A DNA stretch of 57,563 nucleotides, the filler included, from Catajapyx aquilonaris (taxonomy: Eukaryota), in the NCBI GenBank assembly GCA_000934665.2. It is 3 parts of 3 records of this genome, joined end to end, with 100 filler letters (N's around TTAATTAATTAA, not from the genome) between each part and the next. Parts side by side here need not be neighbours in the genome. Positions count along the whole stretch, not along the records: positions 38,476 to 57,563 come from JYFJ02006536.1; 2 more parts are not named here. One strand, written 5' to 3'. A model generated the notes under the pieces. It searched no databases. It saw only the letters and a program-made list of their open reading frames with translations, and had not been told where the DNA came from. Position numbers and translations under genes: made by a program. Below are positions 51,031 through 57,563 of the stretch, piece after piece (the stretch's first letter is position 1; the number at the start of each line of letters is the position of its first letter).

Positions 51031-52454
51031 GTCCGGGCCCTAAGCGTCTTAACCTTGCACTTTGTGATAAGAAGGTGCCACTTGGCACATATGTTCCTTA
51101 GGCCTATAGGAGCAATTCCAGAGTTGCAGGCAACTGATCGGCCCCTTAGGTCACGAGTTATGAGGTGTTGCCAACATGGCCGGGGATGACCTGAGCGTTT
51201 TTAACGTTGCATTTTGTGATAAGAAGATACCGCTTGGCAGATATGTTCCCTTGGTCTGTAGGAGTCGTTTGAGAGATGTTGGCACTTGATCGGCTCCTTA
51301 GGTGAGGAGTTATGCGGTGTTGCCAACCTGGTCCTGGACCTACGCGTATTGAACCATTTTTAATTTTGCATTTTGGGATTTTGGCAAGCATGTTCCCCAG
51401 GCCTAGAGGTTCCATTTGAGAGTTGGCGGCACCTGATACGAGGTCACGAGTTATGCGGTTACGCATAGGTTCCGGACCAGGTTGGCAACACCGCATAACT
51501 CCTGACCTAAGGAGCCGATCAAGTGCCGCCATCTCTCAAATGGATCGGCCCCTTAGGTCACAAGTTATGCGGTGTTGCCAACCTGATCAGGGAACTAAGT
51601 GTTTTAACTCGGTACTTTGTGATAAGAAGGTGCCACTTGGCAGACATAGGGGTCATGCAGATGGGCCAAGCTTAGCCGTGGCTGGCCCCGGCCACGGCTA
51701 GCCACGGCAAGCCACGGCACCCGTTCTGACGGGCACATATTTTAGTAACAGCCACCCGCATTTGTAATAGTGGCCGGTAGTCATGGCAGCGACGAAAAAC
51801 AAGTGACGCGCAGTATCTGTTGCCGAGGCCAAGCCGTGGCCAAGCAGCGAGCCAACTTCCTGGAAGTTGGCCAAGTTCGTAAGCCGTGGCCTGGCCGTGG
51901 CTCAACTGTGTGAACCGTCGCGGCCTCGACCAGACCGGGCCCAGCCGCGGCTAAGCTTGGCCCGTCTGCACGGCCCCATGTTCCCTAGGTGTATAGGATC
52001 CATTTGAGAGATGGCGGCACTTGATCGGCTCCTTAGGTCAGGAGTTATGCGGTGTTGCCAACCTGTACATAATATGTACCAAGTGGCACCTTCTTATCCC
52101 AAAATGCAAAGTTAAAAATGGTTCAAAACGCTTAGGTCCAGGACCAGGTTGGCAACACCTCATAACTCCTGACCTAAGGAGCCGATCAAGTGCCGCCATC
52201 TCTCAAAAGACTCCTACAGACCTAGGGGACATATGTGCCAAGCGGTACCTTCTTCTCACAAAATGCAACGTTAAAAACGCTCTGGTCATCCCCGGCCATG
52301 TTGGCAACACCGCATAACTCGTGACCTAAGGGGCCGATCAGTTGCCTGCAACTCTGTAATTGCTCCTATAGGCCTAAGGAACATATCTGCCAAGTGGCAC
52401 CTTCTTATCACAAAGTGCAAGGTTAGGCCTGATTTTTGCGCTTCGGGCCCGGAC
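51031..52454. mobile_element. Foldback-type element with long modular TIRs, third layer
   Basis: ta|gtccgggccc ... gggcccggac|ta termini. 51051-51379 is an inverted copy of about 52095-52425, built from subunits of about 153 bp that recur in both orientations inside. Confidence 0.8.
51649..51977. mobile_element. GC-rich MITE (PIF/Harbinger-like ends), innermost layer
   Basis: TIR ggggtcatgcagatgggccaagcttagccg versus cggctaagcttggcccgtctgcacggcccc. It interrupts one foldback subunit (ttggcagacata | atgttccc). Confidence 0.75.
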
Positions 52455-53068
52455 TATATAGTATAAGGAAGCCTACCTTTATATCCACCAATGAAAGGTA
52501 TTCAGAACTTAAAAATAACTCACTATCACACTACAATGTTCCTCATTGTTTCGTTAAAAAATAACTGTTATGGACATTTGCTGGTGCAGATGGCATGAGT
52601 CAGAGATCAGGAAAGAGCCTTTCTGTACATGCGGCCTACTGCTGGGAAATGAGAAAATTTTTCGTACTCGCCAACATGAACTTCGACTTACGAAGACTTA
52701 AAATTCATCAATATCCCATCTTAAGGCCCTGCCTGCACTTAGGGTTATAGAAATTTGATTTAGGGAAGTTTATTTCCTATTATTTTACATTGTGACCAAC
52801 CAAGCTCATAATTTAATTCGACATAGGGAAGTTCAACTTAGAAAAGTTTTACTGTAGTTGCTAGGTGTTTAGGTCAAAAATGAGGGTTATCACCTTTTTC
52901 CACCACGCCCCTCATCTAGCCAGATAACTGTAGTTGCTTTGGGTTCATCCCATTCCATCAGGGGTATGGCCAATGCTAGCAACACGTTCTTTGTTGTGAA
53001 TTACCATCAGTTAAAGGGTTGTATTTTAACATCTTATTTTTTTCCCAGACTGCTGGAGGACCCAAGAC

Positions 53069-56000
53069 ATGGCAAGTTCGTTTCCTAGAAAACCATTTAT
53101 GATGGAAACGCCTGTGGCGAAGATGATGAAGGAGTTTGAGAGGGACATGGGGACCAAGGAAATGGAATTTCCTTTTGTACCATCCAGGAAAATTGCCACA
53201 AAGCTAACATTTGATGATTCTTTTATTGAAACAAGAAATTCATCATGTGGCGAGAAAAGGAGTGCAGATGACAGCCTCCTGGAAGTTCATGGTCTAAGGA
53301 AAAAGCCCACCTGGCAGTCTGAGTTTAATCAACTCCATCTTGGTAAGAATTCTTATCCCTGTGGGACAAATGTTATATAACTGAAAGGGCTACTCTGATA
53401 TTTGATCTTGTTAGAATGCAAGCGCAAGTTAACTCAGAAGGACCTCGAAATTGAGGATCTTAAGTTGCAAGTAGGAAAACTGGAGCAGATGTGCAGGGAC
53501 TTAGAAATTAAGTCAGAGCAGAAATTTTTGAAAGGGAGAAAGGACCTGGACATGATGACATCTCGCTACAAATCTGAGAAAGAGGAGGCAAGTAGTAGTT
53601 ACTCATGATGGCAGAAAATGATGTCTTTTTAATACTGATGCTTTTTTCAGGTGGAAGCACTTAAGTACAAGTTAAAGACCGAGTTGGATAAAGCTGGCCG
53701 ATTACTTGATGAGCGAAATGAGTGCATTAAGATTAAGGAGGCCACAAGACTTGATTTAGAGAAGAAGTGCTTTGCCCTTCAGCACGAAAAGCAGCAACTC
53801 GCCATCGAACTGAATGACGTAAGGAAGGATATTGCATGATTTTTTGATGGTGTAGAAGTTATTACTAAAATATTAGTACAGGTAATATCTCGTTACAACG
53901 AAGCCTGCGGGACCGGGCAAATCTTTTCGTAATAACGGAATTTTGTTAAATCGAGATTGGTTCTTTTTATTTCCCCCGCAAATATGTCTGAATCTGTGAA
54001 CTCGTGGCACACCTGTACGTCGTCATCTGCCGCTACAAAATTGTGGAAGGTAACATCATCTGGCAGGCCGGTGCTTTCAGCGATGGACCTCCACACAGAC
54101 AGGTCGTCAGGGTCATCTGAGTCTTTGGCGTCCTGGGCACTCCCCAAACAGACACTGCTAACCCCTTGATGCAACTTTTACCCCAACATATCACGATTAT
54201 TGACGGTGTTACGCACGACCACACACTCGCTTATCACTAGACAGTGCTGGAACACGTGTGGCGGAGCATTGCACTAGTGCTTATTTCGTTATATCGGGTT
54301 CAATACTAGGCGGGGAACCACCTTTCGTATTCGTTGTACTGAAAATTTCGTAGTAACGCATTTCGTAATAATGGAATTACAAATACATTGCTCTTACGGC
54401 TGGCCAACGAAAATTTTATTTTTATTGCGTTCTATTGAAATTTCGTTGTATTGGTATTCGCTAAAATGAGATTTTACTGACTAGTTTGGTAGCTAGTGCA
54501 AAGGATCCCAAGCCATGATTGATGTGACTGTGCACTATGATTTTAGTGGAGATTGTACTATATACGCCAAATTGTTTCATACTCCCAGGGTATGAAGCAA
54601 TTTGTCGTATACCTAGGTATAGTGCTATACCACAAATTGTTTCATACCCCGGGGGGTATGAAACAATTTGGCGTATATGGTACATAATATCAGAAGCAAA
54701 AAGGAAACACATTTTCTGTCTGGTTTATGGTTGCGAAAATCACGGTTTGACTTTTGTGAACAATAAGGCCCAAGAATTTCTTGGAAGGGACCATGGGTAA
54801 AAGTTATTTGGGAAAACTGGTAAGTTTACAGAAATATGGCCTTATTCAGATGTATTGCCTTTTTTCTCCCTTCATCAGATATGGTTTTTATTTCTTCAAA
54901 AAAAAAGTGACTTGACCAGCATTTATTTAGCTCCCATTTTATAATTGGTTACACCATGATAGGCTTGGGGCCTCTTAAGGAATACTTTTCTCTATTCTCA
55001 CTTTAACCCTATGTTTACTGGCGGTTTTTGCCCTCTATAGCAGGGTGTTTAAATCTGTCGCGCTGGAGAGAAATAAATGAAACATGCACCTCCGATTTCG
55101 TGCTCTGCTCAGCCACTAGATTCCGTTATTCCTTATTCAAATGGACTTTTCGGAAACGCCGTTTTCTGGTCACTTCAACTTGCCATAAACATCATTTCTA
55201 GGCCGAAAATTGAACAAAAAAATGAACTAGATACCCTGTGCCAGATCATCTACTTTTTTTGGGCACCATTTCTGTGTCAATTGAACCATTTTTGCAGCCG
55301 TATGGCCGCAGAAATGTAGGCAATGTTGAATCCTCCTATGCTGCATGCATAAACAAGTTGGGGTCGTCACCAGGGGCACTGCTTGTTGTGGGAGAGATAC
55401 AAAGGTAGAAGAGAGTCCATAAGGTTCAAATCAGCCCCCTGTCACTTCCCCCCTAGTTGTATGGATACGGTAGTTTAATTCCGGTGTCTCCGCCAGGCCT
55501 GGAATTTGGTGCTGGTGGCGCTTCAGCGTTCGCTATCCGCCATCTTTTTCAAGGTGCACTCGAGTGGTAAGTCTGCGGAAGGAAAGGAAGATCGAGCCAA
55601 TCGCGGCACACTGCCCGCTATCTACCACCGGAGTTGCACCTTGAACAATATGGCGCCTTAGTGAACCATGGGATGCAGATATTACACTACCGTATTAGAG
55701 GAGTGTCATAGGGCTGGTTAAAATGTATAAGTGGGGGGTAGCATCAAGGCAACGGGATGGGGGATTTTTTGAGAGGGGTCAACAATATTATTGCCTTCTA
55801 GTGTTGTGCAAACAATTGGTAGGCTCACTCTCACAGCTATAGCTGCCGAGCCATCTGGTTTACCGTATTTTTGCTACTGCACCCCCTTAACCTGTTGGGG
55901 GTGACGTGCATAATATGATGATCTTTAAATGTTTGAATGTTTGAATTTCCCGACAAAAATGTGCAGAGTGAATTCTAACTTTGGCAGTCAAAATTCATTT

Positions 56001-56855
56001 CATTATTCTCCTGCCATGTCTTGGATGGTGACTAAACTACTATGACACCCCCCACAATGCACTGGGCGGGAGCTAACTGAGTGGAACGTGCCAAGGTCAC
56101 ATGGCTGCTGCCTCATCTTTCATGTAAACAAACACCCTGAGTACAGGGTGTCCTGTAAAGTCAGGACCCTTGGGAGTTTCTCATAGTACAGTGTTGGGGT
56201 CATATTGTGCAACCATAATAACAGTTTATGATGATTATGTAAGTTTGTTAGGCCTCTCGACGTTCTGAGAGCCAGACGATTCTTAAAAAATTATTTCGGG
56301 GACACCATGTAGATGAATTTTTTTCCATCATTTTACAATCAAAAGGACCACCACGAATTAAAATGATTAATTTTGGCGCGAAGTTGTTATTCATTAATAT
56401 CACTCCTACATCAAATTTTGGACAAGAGGGAGAGAGAGAGAGAGAGAGCCACAACAACAAGAAACTTAGCCCTCAACAGGTTAAAGATCAGGGAGCTACT
56501 TTGGCATCAGGGTACCCTTACAATCTGTCAAGTGTGTAAACTTCATTTTGTGGTGTCAGATGTGTACAAAAACATAATAGTTACCTTTAGCTCAACCTGT
56601 ATTACTTGTTTTGGGTGTAATGGCTTATCAAAATTTCAACCTGCACAGGCACGAACTACGGCAAGAGACAGTGCATTTGAGATGAATTCAAGACTAAGTG
56701 GATTGCAGAAGGAATTGCAAGGAACTAGTGACCGGCTGGCTGAATCTACGGCTAAATCTGCCATGCTATTTGAACGCATCCAGAAGTCTGAGCTCATAGA
56801 AAAGGAGTTACGAGCCACTCGGCTCTCCCTGGCTGAAGCAAAGAAGAAAATCGCT
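53069..56855 (+). CDS. Mad1: 5' part of a long coiled-coil protein, probably spindle checkpoint protein Mad1-like (continues beyond the window)
   Basis: Phase-consistent exons 53069-53342, 53415-53587, 53651-53818 and 56649-56855, with an acceptor at 53048 before the ATG. Heptad-rich E/K/L/Q sequence. The N-terminal TPVAKMMKEF..KLTFDDS..KRSADDS..PTW resembles arthropod Mad1 N-termini as I recall them. The gene structure is better supported than the identity. Confidence 0.55.
53879..54479 (-). mobile_element. Deleted Tigger/pogo-like transposon in an intron
   Basis: Imperfect TIRs cag(g)taatatctcgttacaacgaa versus ttcgctaaaatgagattttactg. The minus-strand remnant DDVTFHNFVAADDDVQVCHEFTDSDI resembles the acidic C-terminus of Tigger/TIGD transposases. 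Confidence 0.72.
54554..54684. repeat. Compound palindrome (MITE-like, TGTAC...GTACA ends)
   Basis: Two internal hairpins built from caaattgtttcatac / gtatgaaacaatttg, enclosed by terminal inverted repeats. Confidence 0.75.
55528..55666. mobile_element. Degenerate MITE with about 43-bp inverted ends
   Basis: gttcgctatccgccatctttttcaaggtgca..gtggta pairs with taccacc..tgcaccttgaacaatatggcg..tagtgaac. Confidence 0.55.
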
Positions 56856-57563
56856 GTAAGTCCTTCCTGAATTGCTATTTAAGTGCCTTGTTTTTATTTT
56901 TCTGAAATTTTATGGGACTTCCTTAGTACAACCAATAGTATTAAAAGGACATGTTACATGCTTCAAGTTATATGGGTGGTTCTAATGAAACATAAAGTGA
57001 AGCAATATGTCTAGTGATATTTGTCATAGCTAGGTGCCAGTGGTACCTCTGAATAGGCACATGAATAGAGCAAGTATACTAGGGGCTAGATAACGCATGC
57101 GTTTGGGGAGGTAGCTTGCGACTTTGGCAACCATAATTAGCCCAGCTCCCTATACCGATCGACCAATCAGGATTCGATTTCAAAGGACAAGGGCGTTATG
57201 TTCTAAAATCTCAATAATGAGATGAGTTTGTTTACACTTACACAATTGGTAACCAAGCAGGGGGGGAAATATTTCTCCATCAATGATTCTTAAGAGCGCG
57301 CTCTAGGCTACGCTATTCATTGTTGCGGGTAGCCCGTCGCGGGCCGGCCCGTGAGTTTGACACTTCTTCCTCTCGCTGTCACGGCCGCAAATATGGAGGT
57401 ATCGGCATGAAACTGGAGTATCTGGACGCGAAAGGGTTGCACTTTGAGATGGTGCGCTTATTTTTTTCCTGGGGCGATATTTGCGGCCGCCGCGGCCAGG
57501 TACAGTTTTTTATTTTGACCCGCAATTACTCCTTTCCATGTCGGTACCAGTGAAATTCGAGCC

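Larger units (their letters stand above)
50916..52854. mobile_element. Tigger/pogo-like non-autonomous element (CAGTAAAACTT TIR), second layer
   Basis: cagtaaaacttctataagtcgaa on the left and ttcaacttagaaaagttttactg|ta on the right, with the subterminal ttcga repeats typical of pogo/Tigger MITEs. Confidence 0.65.
50735..52913. mobile_element. Non-autonomous TIR element with GAG...CTC ends (Sola2-like), outer layer of a nest
   Basis: TIR gagcggtgtggtggaaaaaggtgataaccc versus gggttatcacctttttccaccacgcccctc. Flanks atcc/atct resemble a 4-bp TSD. Confidence 0.65.

Overview
Eukaryotic invertebrate (probably arthropod) genomic DNA. It has short GT-AG introns, tRNA-derived SINEs and many DNA-transposon derivatives. 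The window is three segments of about 19 kb (1-19094, 19195-38375, 38476-57563) joined by identical 100-bp N44-TTAATTAATTAA-N44 linkers, so adjacency across the linkers is probably artificial. Segment 1 is the 5' part of a minus-strand NDRG-family gene (CG2082/ZK1073.1-like), with two internal exons and up to three alternative phase-0 first coding exons. Segment 2 has no recognisable coding exon and looks like a regulatory gene desert with one SINE. Segment 3 holds a frameshifted LRR gene fragment, a complete but divergent 5-exon cyclin B gene with a 35-bp 3'UTR hairpin, an internally deleted mariner, a SINE, several MITEs, two long fold-back hairpins, a four-level nest of TIR elements, and the 5' exons of a Mad1-like coiled-coil gene containing a GC-AG intron. 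All family assignments come from recalled motifs, not database searches.
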